Source: an uncultured Methanosarcinales archaeon
GTDB taxonomy: Archaea > Nanobdellota > Nanobdellia > Woesearchaeales > ARS49
Direction: 5' to 3'
Length of the DNA stretch: 64,000 nucleotides
NCBI GenBank assembly: GCA_964358315.1
Contig: CAYHOF010000003.1
Coordinates: forward strand, 3,337-67,336
Shown: piece by piece, positions 9,421 to 18,993 of the stretch
Position numbering within the stretch: position 1 is the first letter of the stretch
Layout: every line of letters begins with the position of its first letter
Made by a program: the position numbers and the translations under genes
The notes under the pieces: generated by a model
Told to the model about the DNA's origin: nothing
What the model saw: only the letters and a program-made list of their open reading frames with translations
Databases searched by the model: none

Positions 9421-9876
9421 TCATTTGACGAAACGCGAGAGTTGGTCGAAGCGCAATTGTTGTTTCTTGCCTGTCTTGATGTTTTGCACGCGCACTTTCG
9501 TGTCCATCCCGACGACCTTCACGTCGCCCTCGTCGGTCGTGATGACGTCACCGACATTGAAAGGGAGCTTGCGGAAGAGCACGGTGACGCGATAGACCAC
9601 GTGGCCTGTCGCCTTGTACCTGCCGAAGAGCTTCTTGCTCGAGATCACTTCGCCGCCGAAACGCGCCTTGAGGGATTTCGCGTACGACTGCGTGAAGTGC
9701 TGGTCGGAGAGGTAGATGTCGACGCCGTTGCGTTCAGGCTGGACTTTGGAAATCTGCGCTTTCTTGGAGTTCTCGATCTGCGTGATGACGTTCTCGACGA
9801 ACTCCTCGTCCACGTCGCGCAACTGCAGGATGCCTTCGTAATAATCGTGCCGTTTGCCCTCAAGCGATCTGACCAT
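9421..9876 (-). CDS. NMD3-related protein (short form lacking the Cys-rich N-terminal domain)
   Basis: DYYEGILQLR resembles the conserved NMD3 core motif. The protein is 151 aa with no CxxC motifs. The call is tentative. Confidence 0.45.
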   Translation of the reverse strand: MVRSLEGKRHDYYEGILQLRDVDEEFVENVITQIENSKKAQISKVQPERNGVDIYLSDQHFTQSYAKSLKARFGGEVISSKKLFGRYKATGHVVYRVTVLFRKLPFNVGDVITTDEGDVKVVGMDTKVRVQNIKTGKKQQLRFDQLSRFVK

Positions 9877-9899
9877 GCATCATTGTCCTGAAGCAGCTC

Positions 9900-9906
9900 T
9901 TAAAAT
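9900..9906 (-). promoter_or_regulatory. TATA-like box for the NMD3-like gene (leaderless spacing)
   Basis: ATTTTAA on the minus strand is centred 27 nt upstream of the ATG at 9876. A second box, TTTTAAA (9914-9920), faces the signal peptidase gene. Confidence 0.4.
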
Positions 9907-9958
9907 CCTTTGCTTTTAAAGCGGAACATTTTTATGGCCTTCCTGGAACGAACAGACC

Positions 9959-10663
9959 ATGGACGAGAACAAGGGGGGTCACGACCACGCCGCTGCGCAC
10001 GAGACGCCCTGGCACAGGACCAAGCGCATAACGAAGCGTGTCTGGCATTTCTTGTGGGTGGAGGACAGCGTCGCGAGCTGGATCGCCAACATCATCGTGG
10101 CATTCCTCCTCATCAAGTTCATCGTCTACCCCGTCCTTGGCGCCGTGCTCGGCACGACCTATCCCATTGTGGCTGTCGTGTCAGGCAGCATGGAGCATGA
10201 CGCTTCCTTCAACGACTGGTGGATAGACGTGTGTGCGCCAGGTGGCAGGCCGCTCACGTTCGCGGACGGCACGAGTGTCACGCCCGAACGCTTGTACGGC
10301 ACGTTCGACATCGACCAGGGCGCGTTCGAGGCATACCCGTTCCATAACGGCTTCGACAAAGGGGACCTCATGATCCTCTACAGCGGGCAGTCAGTGCGCG
10401 TGGGCGACGTGCTCGTCTTCGCCACAGCCGGACTCAGCGATCCCGTCATCCACCGCATCGTCGACATACGGCAGGACGGACAGGACAGTCCACGCTATTA
10501 CACCATGGGCGACCACAACTGCCGGCAGCACCCCTTCGAGCAGGGCATCACGCAACAACAAGTGCTCGGCAAGGCGGTCGTGCGCATCCCCTGGCTTGGC
10601 TGGATCAAGATCGGGTTCGTCGAACTCATACAATTCATACGCTCAATCATCATCGGGAGGTAA
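9959..10663 (+). CDS. signal peptidase I, archaeal/eukaryal Sec11 type (S26B)
   Basis: N-terminal TM helix followed by SGSMEH (catalytic Ser box), GDLMILY, PVIHRIV (catalytic His box) and MGDHN. Confidence 0.85.
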   Translation: MDENKGGHDHAAAHETPWHRTKRITKRVWHFLWVEDSVASWIANIIVAFLLIKFIVYPVLGAVLGTTYPIVAVVSGSMEHDASFNDWWIDVCAPGGRPLTFADGTSVTPERLYGTFDIDQGAFEAYPFHNGFDKGDLMILYSGQSVRVGDVLVFATAGLSDPVIHRIVDIRQDGQDSPRYYTMGDHNCRQHPFEQGITQQQVLGKAVVRIPWLGWIKIGFVELIQFIRSIIIGR

Positions 10664-10666
10664 ACC

Positions 10667-10975
10667 ATGTTTTGTCCGAAATGTAGGTCGCTCATGATGC
10701 CCACCGTGCAGAACGGCAAGCGCGTCCTCAAGTGCACGAGCTGCGCGTTCATGCAGGTCGGGGAGATGTCGCTCAAGTCTGAAGGCACCAAGACAAAGGA
10801 AATGCACGTCATCGAGAAGGAAACGGACGTGCGCGTGCTCGTCGACCACCCGTGTCCCAAGTGCAAGAACGACAAGTCACGACACTGGACGCTGCAGACA
10901 CGCGGCGCGGACGAGCCCGAGACCCGCTTCTACGAGTGCGAGACGTGCAAGTACACCTGGCGCGAATACAAGTGA
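10667..10975 (+). CDS. tfs: transcription factor S (TFS / RpoM-like)
   Basis: The 102-aa protein has two zinc ribbons (CPKC...CTSC and CPKC...CETC) and the acidic hairpin QTRGADEPET. Confidence 0.9.
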   Translation: MFCPKCRSLMMPTVQNGKRVLKCTSCAFMQVGEMSLKSEGTKTKEMHVIEKETDVRVLVDHPCPKCKNDKSRHWTLQTRGADEPETRFYECETCKYTWREYK

Positions 10976-11202
10976 ACGACCTCCTCAAGAACAAGCGCGT
11001 CAGCGTCAAAGTACGACCCAACGCAAAGGAGACCCGCATCACCGGCCAGGACGACGACACGCTCCTCATCGACCTGGCAGCACCAGCCGAGAAGAACAAA
11101 GCCAACATCGAACTGCTCAAGTTTCTCAAACGCACGACCAAGAGGACCGCACGATTGACGGCAGGCGCCACGTCCCGCAACAAAGTCGTCGCCTTTGATT
11201 AG
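10972..11202 (+). CDS. DUF167 (YggU-like) family protein
   Basis: A GTG start overlaps the tfs stop (GTGA). The 76-aa protein has VSVKVRPNAKETRI...LLIDLAAPAEKNKANIELLKFL...GATSRNKVV, matching the DUF167 pattern. The upstream part of the 116-aa track ORF overlaps tfs. Confidence 0.65.
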   Translation: MNDLLKNKRVSVKVRPNAKETRITGQDDDTLLIDLAAPAEKNKANIELLKFLKRTTKRTARLTAGATSRNKVVAFD

Positions 11203-11936
11203 AACCCGTCCAACCGTGCTTGTTTCTTGGTGTATTCTTCGAGGTATTTTGGCGGTCGTACTGCGACGAAGTCGAAACCCCAATCATTGAGCATGGTCTT
11301 TGCGTTGTCCGTGATCTTCGGCGCGGCGATGATGCCGCGTACTTTGGTGATGCCTTTGCTGATCATGATTTTCTCGACGTAGCGGCGCAATTGCGTCACC
11401 GCGGCGAGGTCGGCGCAGTAGCGTTTGCATTCGACCACTGTCACGACGCCGTTCTTGTCCGTGCCGAACACGTCGATGAAGCCGTACTTGGTCTGTTCTT
11501 CGCGCGCGGCTGGCACGAAGCCTTTCTCGATGAGGTTGGGGTTTTCGTAGAGCATGTCGCTCATGTCCTCTTCGGTGCCCGCGACCGAGATTACCTCGGC
11601 GTCCTGCAGTTTCGAGCTGTTGAAGAAGTACACTTTGCTGATGTCCGCCTCGATGGTCTCCTTGAGCGCAGGGTTCGATGCTTTGAGTTTCAGCACGCCA
11701 TCGACCATGGTGAAGGTGTGCGTCGCGCCGCTTTTCATGTAGTTGATGGGCGTGTTGCCTTGTGGTTGGTGGATGAGCAACGTCTTGTCCTTCTTGATGA
11801 GAAAGAGACGGTCGCCCTCAGGCAGGAAGCTTTCTGCACGGCCGGAATAGCGGATGGTGCAGCGGCCGGCGAAGACGAGCGTCTCGTGCCGATGCAGCGC
11901 GTCGCCGATGACGAGCGCGTAATCCTGCAAGTCCAT
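11199..11936 (-). CDS. nucS: mismatch-specific endonuclease NucS/EndoMS
   Basis: The N-terminal domain has FAGRCTIRYSGRAESFLPEGDRLFLIKKD. The C-terminal RecB-like nuclease domain has GFIDVFGTDKNGVVTVVECKR. Confidence 0.9.
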   Translation of the reverse strand: MDLQDYALVIGDALHRHETLVFAGRCTIRYSGRAESFLPEGDRLFLIKKDKTLLIHQPQGNTPINYMKSGATHTFTMVDGVLKLKASNPALKETIEADISKVYFFNSSKLQDAEVISVAGTEEDMSDMLYENPNLIEKGFVPAAREEQTKYGFIDVFGTDKNGVVTVVECKRYCADLAAVTQLRRYVEKIMISKGITKVRGIIAAPKITDNAKTMLNDWGFDFVAVRPPKYLEEYTKKQARLDGF

Positions 11937-11978
11937 GACGCACCAAGAAAAATGGTGCTATAAAAGTGTATTGCGCAT

Positions 11979-12524
11979 TCAGAGTATGGTGGCGAGCATG
12001 ACGTCGACACGTTCACGCAGAAGTTCGAGCGAGCCGTCGTTGAGCACGACCTTGTCCGCGAGCTCGACAAGCTCTTTGATCTGGATGCCGCTCTTGTTGA
12101 CGTCGTAGGACTCGCGCTCGTCGAGCGCCTTGAGTTCGACGAGGTTCGTCGGGTCTCCTGCGCGCCCGCGCGTGATGATGCGCATGAGACGCGGTTGTGC
12201 AGGCGCTTTGACCGCGACGAGCACGAAATCGTCGCGTGCACGTAATGCCTGCGCCTCGGCAGGGTTGCGGATGCTCTCCACTATCGCATTGGCACCTGCA
12301 GGGATGCGTTTGAGGATGCGCTCTGCAAGCACGCCGCCGCCGTGTTCCGCGCGTAGCGAATTGGCCATGTCGATGAGGTTGGCGCGCGTCACGGCAAGAC
12401 CGTGCAGCGCGAGCTCTTCGCGGATCACGTCAGTGGTGGAATAGTAACTCCATCCTTTGGAGCGCAGGTATTCCGCCACTGCGCCTTTGCCAGAGCCCAC
12501 ATACCCGCATAACCCGATGATCAT
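11979..12524 (-). CDS. P-loop nucleotide/nucleoside kinase-like protein (CoaE / dNMP-kinase-like)
   Basis: I start it at MIIGLCGYVGSGKGAV (Walker A), residue 32 of the track ORF. It is 181 aa. Substrate is not assignable by eye. Confidence 0.6.
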   Translation of the reverse strand: MIIGLCGYVGSGKGAVAEYLRSKGWSYYSTTDVIREELALHGLAVTRANLIDMANSLRAEHGGGVLAERILKRIPAGANAIVESIRNPAEAQALRARDDFVLVAVKAPAQPRLMRIITRGRAGDPTNLVELKALDERESYDVNKSGIQIKELVELADKVVLNDGSLELLRERVDVMLATIL

Positions 12525-12544
12525 GCCCTTGTCAATGCGACCGT

Positions 12545-12552
12545 GTATAAAT
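12545..12552. promoter_or_regulatory. shared TATA box between two divergent leaderless genes
   Basis: GTATAAAT sits midway in the 47-nt gap between the ATG at 12524 (minus) and the ATG at 12572 (plus), about 24 nt from each. It overlaps the ATG at 12551 used by the ORF track. Confidence 0.5.
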
Positions 12553-12571
12553 GGATTATGAAGATGGGAAC

Positions 12572-13384
12572 ATGACTGGCGTATCAGCGAAAGATACAAA
12601 TACCTCCGTAATTCCACCCGCGCACATGGACGAAAAGGGGATGGAGCCTGAAGACGCTCTGAACATCACGCTCGAGGACGACGGGTCGCGCAAGGAGTAC
12701 TCGCTGCTCTCGCGCAACGCCATCCTGCGCCACATGCGCATGGGCAACATCGTCATCTACCCTTTCGTGCCCGAGAACGTGGGGACGGGCAGCGTCGACG
12801 TGACACTCGGTGAATATTGCTATCGTGAGCAGGAGTCGCGCGGTTATGCCGTGATGAACCCGTATGACGAGAGCCACGTGCGGCGCACCTGGCGTCTTGA
12901 GGTCGCAAAGCCGGTGCGGCTGCTCGAGAAGGAATTCCAGATCACGCTCGGCATCGGCCTCTCGCCCGACGACAAGGTCATCCTGCTCGCGCCTGGCGAG
13001 ACCATCCTTGCGCACACGCAGGAATTCATCGGCGGCACGAATGGCAAGGTCAACACCATGATGAAGGCGCGCAGCTCGATGGGCCGCAACTTCATCGCCG
13101 TGTGCAAGTGCGCAGGCATGGGCGACGTTGGTTATATCAACCGCTGGACGATGGAAATCACGAATTTCAGCAAGCATTACTATATCCCGCTCGTGGTCGG
13201 GCGCAGGATCGCGCACATCGTGTTCTTCGAGGTCGAGAAGGTCGACGACGACTACGCGAACGCCGGCAAGTACCAAGCATCCACCGAGCTCAAGGACCTC
13301 GTGCAGAGCTGGACGCCTGAAGCCATGCTGCCCAAGATGTGGAAGGACCGTGAGGTCAGCCAGAGTCCGTCTGTTCGTAAATAA
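12572..13384 (+). CDS. dcd: dCTP deaminase family protein (dUTPase superfamily)
   Basis: VDVTLGEY, MMKARSSMGRNFI and WTMEITNFS motifs. The start is moved to the ATG at 12572 on promoter geometry. An N-terminal extension relative to typical Dcd remains. Confidence 0.8.
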   Translation: MTGVSAKDTNTSVIPPAHMDEKGMEPEDALNITLEDDGSRKEYSLLSRNAILRHMRMGNIVIYPFVPENVGTGSVDVTLGEYCYREQESRGYAVMNPYDESHVRRTWRLEVAKPVRLLEKEFQITLGIGLSPDDKVILLAPGETILAHTQEFIGGTNGKVNTMMKARSSMGRNFIAVCKCAGMGDVGYINRWTMEITNFSKHYYIPLVVGRRIAHIVFFEVEKVDDDYANAGKYQASTELKDLVQSWTPEAMLPKMWKDREVSQSPSVRK

Positions 13385-13449
13385 GTGTTCGAGTCTCTAA
13401 ATGTATTTATAGCGTCGGTGAGGCGTCGCCACTAGGGAAAGGGGGAGTT

Positions 13450-15078
13450 GTGGAAGACGTAGATGAATTGACGCAGGAAGAAGAGCGGCTCCTTGAGCCG
13501 TTCGTCACCAACACGAAGAGTTCAGTGTTCGTGCTGCGCAACCTGCCTGAAGTCATCAAGGGCGCGCTCTTCTCCAAGTACAGCCGCTCGCCTATCGGGC
13601 TGCGCAAGCTGCTGCTCAAGGAGTTCATCCTCAATCCGGAGTCCGGCTTCAAGGAGGCGGTGAATTTCGGCGTGAACAGCGGCCTCACCGAGTCGCTCGC
13701 GATCAAGAAGGCGCAGGACTTCTATGACAGGATCCTTGATGGCTATGGCGACGATTCCATCGGCGAGCTCGGCGGCGCGCACCTCGCTGTCGAGAACGTG
13801 TCGAACCTCGCGACAAAGACTATCCAGGACGCGCGCATCGGCGGCTCCCCGCTCGAGAAGAGCTCGCGCTATGTCTGGTTCAACAAGAAGGTGCGCGGGC
13901 AGTACCAGTTCTTCAAGGACCCGATCATCATGGCCTCGCCCTACGCGCAGAAGTACCTGGACACGAACAATTTCCTCTTCGACATGTACACGCAGCTCGT
14001 CGACCCGATGACGAAGTTCGTCGAGGAAGGCATGCCGCGCGACGACAACGTCACAGAAGCCGCGTACAAGGCGAGCGTGCGCGCCAAAGTGTGCGATTCA
14101 TTGCGCGGCCTGCTGCCTGCCGCCACGCTCACCAACATGGGCGTGTTCGGCAACGGCCGCTTCTTCGAGAGCCTCATCGCGAAGATGCGCTGCCATGACC
14201 TGCGGGAGATGCACGACGTCGGCCAGAGCATCCAGGGCGAGCTCGACAAGGTGATCCCGTCGTTCGTGCGGCGCTCCCAGGCAGACCATCGGCATTTCAT
14301 CCCGTACCAGAAGTACACTATCGAGACGACCAGGGGGGTGCGCGCGGCCACGCGCGCAGTCATCGGCAACGCGCCGATCGAGACGGCCGACGAGGTCGAA
14401 CTCGTCGAGTACGACGCTGACGCCGAAATCAAGGTCGTCGCCTCCCTCATGTACCAGCACACGCATCACTCGCACCACCAACTGCTCAAGGTCGCGCGCA
14501 ACATGACGTACGATGAGCGTCTTGGCATCATCCGCGAGGCGCTCGTGCGTCGCGAGAACCGGCGCCACAAGCCCGTGCGCGCGTTCGAAAACGCCACGTA
14601 CAAGTTCGACATCCTGGGCGACTTCGGCATCTACCGCGACCTGCAACGGCACCGGATGCTCACGCAGGAACGCCAGGACCTCACCGTCATCCACGGGTAT
14701 GACATGCCCAAGGACATCGTCGACGCAGGCCTCGAGCGGCAGTACCGCGAGGCGATGGAGGTCGCCAAGGACACGTACAACACCATCGTCCTCAATTATC
14801 CCAAAGAGGCGCAGTACGTGGTGCCTTTCGCGTATCGCGTCCGCTGGTACAACACGATCAACCTGCGCGCGCTGGGCTGGATGGCCGAGCTGCGCAGCAT
14901 CAGGCAAGGGCATCCGAACTATCGTCGCGTCGCGCAGAAGATGTACACAAAAGTGCGTGCCGTGCATCCTGCGCTCGCCGAATCGCTGCGCTTCGTTGAC
15001 ATGAACGATTACACCTTCGCGCGTCTCGAGGCCGAGATGAAGAAGGAGAACAAGCAGAAGAAGCTGGTGAGCCCATGA
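13450..15078 (+). CDS. thyX: flavin-dependent thymidylate synthase ThyX, long (about 540 aa) two-lobed form
   Basis: GTG start preceded by GGGGGAG. The N-terminal lobe has ALFSKYSRS. The C-terminal lobe has [12 protein letters not shown] (RHR signature) and [17 protein letters not shown]. It sits in an operon with glyA and tmk. Confidence 0.8.
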   Translation: MEDVDELTQEEERLLEPFVTNTKSSVFVLRNLPEVIKGALFSKYSRSPIGLRKLLLKEFILNPESGFKEAVNFGVNSGLTESLAIKKAQDFYDRILDGYGDDSIGELGGAHLAVENVSNLATKTIQDARIGGSPLEKSSRYVWFNKKVRGQYQFFKDPIIMASPYAQKYLDTNNFLFDMYTQLVDPMTKFVEEGMPRDDNVTEAAYKASVRAKVCDSLRGLLPAATLTNMGVFGNGRFFESLIAKMRCHDLREMHDVGQSIQGELDKVIPSFVRRSQADHRHFIPYQKYTIETTRGVRAATRAVIGNAPIETADEVELVEYDADAEIKVVASLMYQHTHHSHHQLLKVARNMTYDERLGIIREALVRRENRRHKPVRAFENATYKFDILGDFGIYRDLQRHRMLTQERQDLTVIHGYDMPKDIVDAGLERQYREAMEVAKDTYNTIVLNYPKEAQYVVPFAYRVRWYNTINLRALGWMAELRSIRQGHPNYRRVAQKMYTKVRAVHPALAESLRFVDMNDYTFARLEAEMKKENKQKKLVSP

Positions 15079-16304
15079 GCATCGCCGACATCGATCCCGT
15101 GACCGCACGCGCCATCAATGACGAGTGGCGCAGGCAGGAAGAAGGCCTGGAGCTCATCCCGAGCGAGAACTACTGTTCCCCTGCCGTGCGCGAGGCGGCA
15201 GGGTCATGCCTCACGAACAAGTACGCAGAAGGCTATCCGGGCGTGCGGTATTATGGCGGCTGTGAGTATGTCGACGTGGTCGAGCGTCTCGCGATCGAGC
15301 GCGCCAAGCACCTCTTCCAGGTCGAGCACGCCAACGTGCAACCACATTGCGGCTCATCCGCCAACATGGCGGTCTACATGTCCGTGCTCAAGCCAGGGGA
15401 CACCATCATGGGCCTTGACTTGCCGCATGGCGGCCACCTCACGCACGGCTTCAAGGTGAGCTTCTCGGGCAGACTGTATCGCAGCACGCCCTATGGCGTG
15501 GACAAGGACACCGAACTGCTTGATTACGACGCCATCGCCGCGCTCGCGCACAAGGAGAAGCCGAACATGATCGTGTGCGGCGCGACAGCATACAGCCGCA
15601 TCATCGACTTCAAGCGCTTCCGCCAGATCGCGGACGAGGTCGGCGCGTACGTGATGGCCGACATCGCGCACATCGCAGGCCTCGTGATCGCCGGGGAGCA
15701 CCCCTCGCCCGCCAAGCACGCACACTTCGTCACGACGACCACGCACAAGACGTTGCGTGGTCCGCGCGGCGGCATGATCATGTGCAACAAGGAATTTGCG
15801 ACAGCCGTCGACAAGACCATCATCCCGGGCATGCAGGGCGGTCCGCTCATGCACATCATCGCCGCGAAAGCGGTATGCTTCGCCGAGGCGTTGCAGCCCG
15901 ACTTCAAGCTGTACCAACGCCAGATCGTGCGCAACGCGAAAGCGCTCGCGCGCGTGCTCAGCGACGGCGGCCTGCGCCTCGTGACAGGCGGCACTGACAA
16001 CCATCTCATGGTGGTCGACCTGAGCAGGCTCGGCATCACCGGCAAGGACGGCGAGAAGGCGCTCGGGCTCGCCGGCATCACGGTCAACAAGAACACCATC
16101 CCCTTCGACCCGCGACCGCCGCTCGTCACGAGCGGCATCAGGCTCGGCACACCCGCCATCACGACGCGCGGCATGAACGAGGCAGAGATGACACAGGTTG
16201 GGCGCCTCATTGTCGAAGCACTTAAGAACCACGACAATCATGCCACGCTTCGTGACATCCAAACCGAGGTGAAGGCGTTATGTCAGAGATTCCCACTACT
16301 CTAA
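15075..16304 (+). CDS. glyA: serine hydroxymethyltransferase
   Basis: [19 protein letters not shown] and the PLP-lysine box [14 protein letters not shown]. The start overlaps the thyX stop (ATGA). Confidence 0.95.
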   Translation: MSIADIDPVTARAINDEWRRQEEGLELIPSENYCSPAVREAAGSCLTNKYAEGYPGVRYYGGCEYVDVVERLAIERAKHLFQVEHANVQPHCGSSANMAVYMSVLKPGDTIMGLDLPHGGHLTHGFKVSFSGRLYRSTPYGVDKDTELLDYDAIAALAHKEKPNMIVCGATAYSRIIDFKRFRQIADEVGAYVMADIAHIAGLVIAGEHPSPAKHAHFVTTTTHKTLRGPRGGMIMCNKEFATAVDKTIIPGMQGGPLMHIIAAKAVCFAEALQPDFKLYQRQIVRNAKALARVLSDGGLRLVTGGTDNHLMVVDLSRLGITGKDGEKALGLAGITVNKNTIPFDPRPPLVTSGIRLGTPAITTRGMNEAEMTQVGRLIVEALKNHDNHATLRDIQTEVKALCQRFPLL

Positions 16305-16945
16305 CGGGAAAGTTCATCACCATCGACGGTCCTGATTACTGCGGCAAAGGCACGCAGACACGACTACTCGTCAGCCATCTTCTGGATAACGAGCACGACA
16401 AGAAACACAAGCTGACAACGGTGCTTGCCACGCGCGAACCGTTCAACAGTCCATTTGGCCTGCAATTGCGACGGTTGCTCGCGACGACCACTGACCCGGC
16501 GGCCAAGGCGAACGAATTCGCCGACCTCTTCATTGCGGACCGACGCGTCCATCTTGACAACCTCATCCTCCCGTCGCTCAACCAAGGCGCGATAGTGGTA
16601 TGTGACCGCTACATGTATTCGACGATAGCATATCAGCACGCGCAGGGCATTCCTGTGCGCGACTTGCTCACCAAACAGGCCACATTCTGGATCCCTGACG
16701 TGAGCATCATCATCCTACCGTCTGTCGAGAACATCATCAAGCGGAAATCCGCCGAACGGAACCGGCCATACGAAGAAGTGTTTGAGAAATCAAGCGAATT
16801 CACCAAGAACGTGCGCAGCAACTACACGCGCATGCGCGAGTGGTTGCCGGACCACAACATCGTCATGGTGGATGGCGACCGCACGCCGCAGGAAATCTTC
16901 AATGACATCCGCACGATCGTGGACAAGGTCGTCTTCGGACGCTGA
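16280..16945 (+). CDS. tmk: thymidylate (dTMP) kinase
   Basis: P-loop [15 protein letters not shown], then a DRY-like box ([12 protein letters not shown]). It overlaps the glyA 3' end by 25 nt. Confidence 0.85.
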   Translation: MSEIPTTLTGKFITIDGPDYCGKGTQTRLLVSHLLDNEHDKKHKLTTVLATREPFNSPFGLQLRRLLATTTDPAAKANEFADLFIADRRVHLDNLILPSLNQGAIVVCDRYMYSTIAYQHAQGIPVRDLLTKQATFWIPDVSIIILPSVENIIKRKSAERNRPYEEVFEKSSEFTKNVRSNYTRMREWLPDHNIVMVDGDRTPQEIFNDIRTIVDKVVFGR

Positions 16946-17180
16946 CTAACTTTCTTCCTCTTCTTCCTCGAGAAACGATCCCAGTGTGGTGTTGCGCTTG
17001 ATTGCGTTGTAACTGACAAGACTTTTCTTCAAACTCACGTGCATACCTCTCTTTTCCCAATGTCGTGATGCGATCTATGTTCTTCCTGCTTTTAAGCAAT
17101 GTTGCTGCGCATCATATACACTTCAGAACTCCTATCGTTACTTTGCGCGAGTGTTTATGGATACTATCGTCGTGGCACGT

Positions 17181-17669
17181 TCACTTGCCACCCTTATCGA
17201 AACTGATGAGCGGCTCGTTGCTGTGCTTGACGACCGTGCCATCTTTCGCATCGATCTTGATGTTGAGCGTGGTGAACTGGCGCGTGACGTAGGTCAGGTT
17301 GTACACCGTGCCTTCAGGCAGGTGCTGGATGAGGAAGAACGTCTTCATCGGCATGCTTGCCTTGTAATGATCAAGCCTGACTTTCTCCGCGATGGCCAGC
17401 GCCTCTTCGGCGCTGATCTTGACGTTGGCAGGATCGAGTGTCTTGATCGCAATGTCGCTCTTGAGGACTTCGGCAGGCGGCAACTGGTGGACTTCCTCGT
17501 CCACGATGAAGGATATCATCCTGTCGGTGTCCGGGCAGAAATAACCGATCTGCCACTCTTCCCCTTCGTTCTCCTTCATGACGAACGCGTGCGCGAGATG
17601 GCAGGTCTTTGGCAAGTGCTTGAACTGCGGCATTGCACGCACCTGCTTGACCGCTTCGTGGAAGTCCAT
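17181..17669 (-). CDS. hypothetical protein, possible PepSY-like fold
   Basis: A 162-aa ORF with normal composition. The pattern ISAEEALAIAEK...VYNLTY...IKIDAKDGTVV resembles PepSY domains. Weak call. Confidence 0.45.
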   Translation of the reverse strand: MDFHEAVKQVRAMPQFKHLPKTCHLAHAFVMKENEGEEWQIGYFCPDTDRMISFIVDEEVHQLPPAEVLKSDIAIKTLDPANVKISAEEALAIAEKVRLDHYKASMPMKTFFLIQHLPEGTVYNLTYVTRQFTTLNIKIDAKDGTVVKHSNEPLISFDKGGK

Positions 17670-17706
17670 ACTGTGGCTCGCGAGAAGGTCTGTATTTATA
17701 CTTTTG

Positions 17707-18993
17707 TCATTTCTGCGACGGGTGGAAGTGGACGCCGGCGATCCTGTGCCGCGTGATGCCGTACAGGATGGCGCGCATGGAATACTGGCGTTTGATGCGT
17801 GGCTCGTGCATGCCGATGAACAGCAACGACGCCGCGAAGCGCAGGATGGACGACGCCAGGAACACGAGCGGGACGCCGCTGATCATCCACAGCCCGGCGC
17901 TGTCCGCAAGGATGCCGCCGGCGATGGGCCCGATCGCCTGCGCGAGGGCATTGAAGATACTGTACTGCGCGACCTGCAATGGCCTGTGGCGCCTGTCCGT
18001 CATGTCGAGCACGAGGTTGTAGAGCGCGGTCTCGGTGGCGGCCCACACCAGCCCGGAAAGGATTTGTGTGGGGATGATGAGCCAGAGCGTGTCCGGCCTG
18101 ATGTTGAACCACAAGAACATGACGATGCTCGTCCCGACAAGGCCTATGAGCGCGAGCGCGCGATCGCCGTATCTGTCGCTGAACTTGCCCCAGGGCCGAT
18201 AGAACACGATCATGGTGAGTTGCTGGAGCGCGATGGCAAGGCCGAAGAGCACGACGGAAAGTCCCAGGTCGCGGAGGATGTACGCGCTCACGAACGGCGA
18301 CGCGAGCTTTGCCGCGAACCAGAAGAACGACGCGCGGAAGCAGAAGTGCCGGAAGCTGCCATCGAACCGCAGCACGTCCTTGACCGTGTAGTGGCTGTTG
18401 CCCACGCGCCGCGGCTCCGTCATCGTGCTAAACGACCACATCGCAGCGTAGCCGAAGAGCGCGCCTGCGCCGAAGAGCAACGAATACCCGAGCTGGGACG
18501 TGTCGCCCATGCGCGTGATGAACCAGCCGGCGGTGATCGTCGCGACCAATGCCGCCGCGCCGGTGGCGCGGTTCACACGACCGAAGTAGGCGCCACGCTT
18601 GCGTTCTTCGACGATGTCTGCCGTGAGCGACACGACCGAGGGCTCGCGGAGCGTGATGAAGAATTGGTTGATGAAGTACAGGATGACGAGCACGACCAGC
18701 GGATTCGTCAGCGTGAACCATGGCAGGAGCGCGATGAGCACCCACATGGTCTTGTCGATCGCGTACGTGACGACGATGATGGGAACGCGTGCCCAATATT
18801 CCGTGAGCTTGGCGCCGATGAGTTCGGAGAGCAGCACGGCGATGAAGGGGATCGCGCCAAAGACGCCCACCATGATGTTGGACGCGCCGAGCAGGAGCGC
18901 GAACGCGACGAGGTAGGTCGCGGTGAAGTTCTCATAGACCGCCCATAACGCGGAGGTGCGCACGAATGCACGCTGGTTCGCGCTCACCATCAC
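17707..18993 (-). CDS. MFS transporter
   Basis: About 12 hydrophobic helices, with loop motifs SDRYGDRALALIG and EERKRGAYFG typical of the MFS 2-3 and 8-9 loops. Confidence 0.85.
   Translation of the reverse strand: MMVSANQRAFVRTSALWAVYENFTATYLVAFALLLGASNIMVGVFGAIPFIAVLLSELIGAKLTEYWARVPIIVVTYAIDKTMWVLIALLPWFTLTNPLVVLVILYFINQFFITLREPSVVSLTADIVEERKRGAYFGRVNRATGAAALVATITAGWFITRMGDTSQLGYSLLFGAGALFGYAAMWSFSTMTEPRRVGNSHYTVKDVLRFDGSFRHFCFRASFFWFAAKLASPFVSAYILRDLGLSVVLFGLAIALQQLTMIVFYRPWGKFSDRYGDRALALIGLVGTSIVMFLWFNIRPDTLWLIIPTQILSGLVWAATETALYNLVLDMTDRRHRPLQVAQYSIFNALAQAIGPIAGGILADSAGLWMISGVPLVFLASSILRFAASLLFIGMHEPRIKRQYSMRAILYGITRHRIAGVHFHPSQK

Noticed and set aside
16899-17099. A 66-aa minus-strand ORF in the tmk-downstream gap, and an alternative 32-aa ORF (about 16950-17048, MHVSLKKSLVSYNAIKRNTTLGSFLEEEEEES).
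   Set aside because: The 66-aa ORF overlaps the tmk 3' end by 47 nt and has an Arg-rich tail. The 32-aa ORF has a GAGG too close to its ATG and no recognisable family. Neither can be supported from sequence alone.
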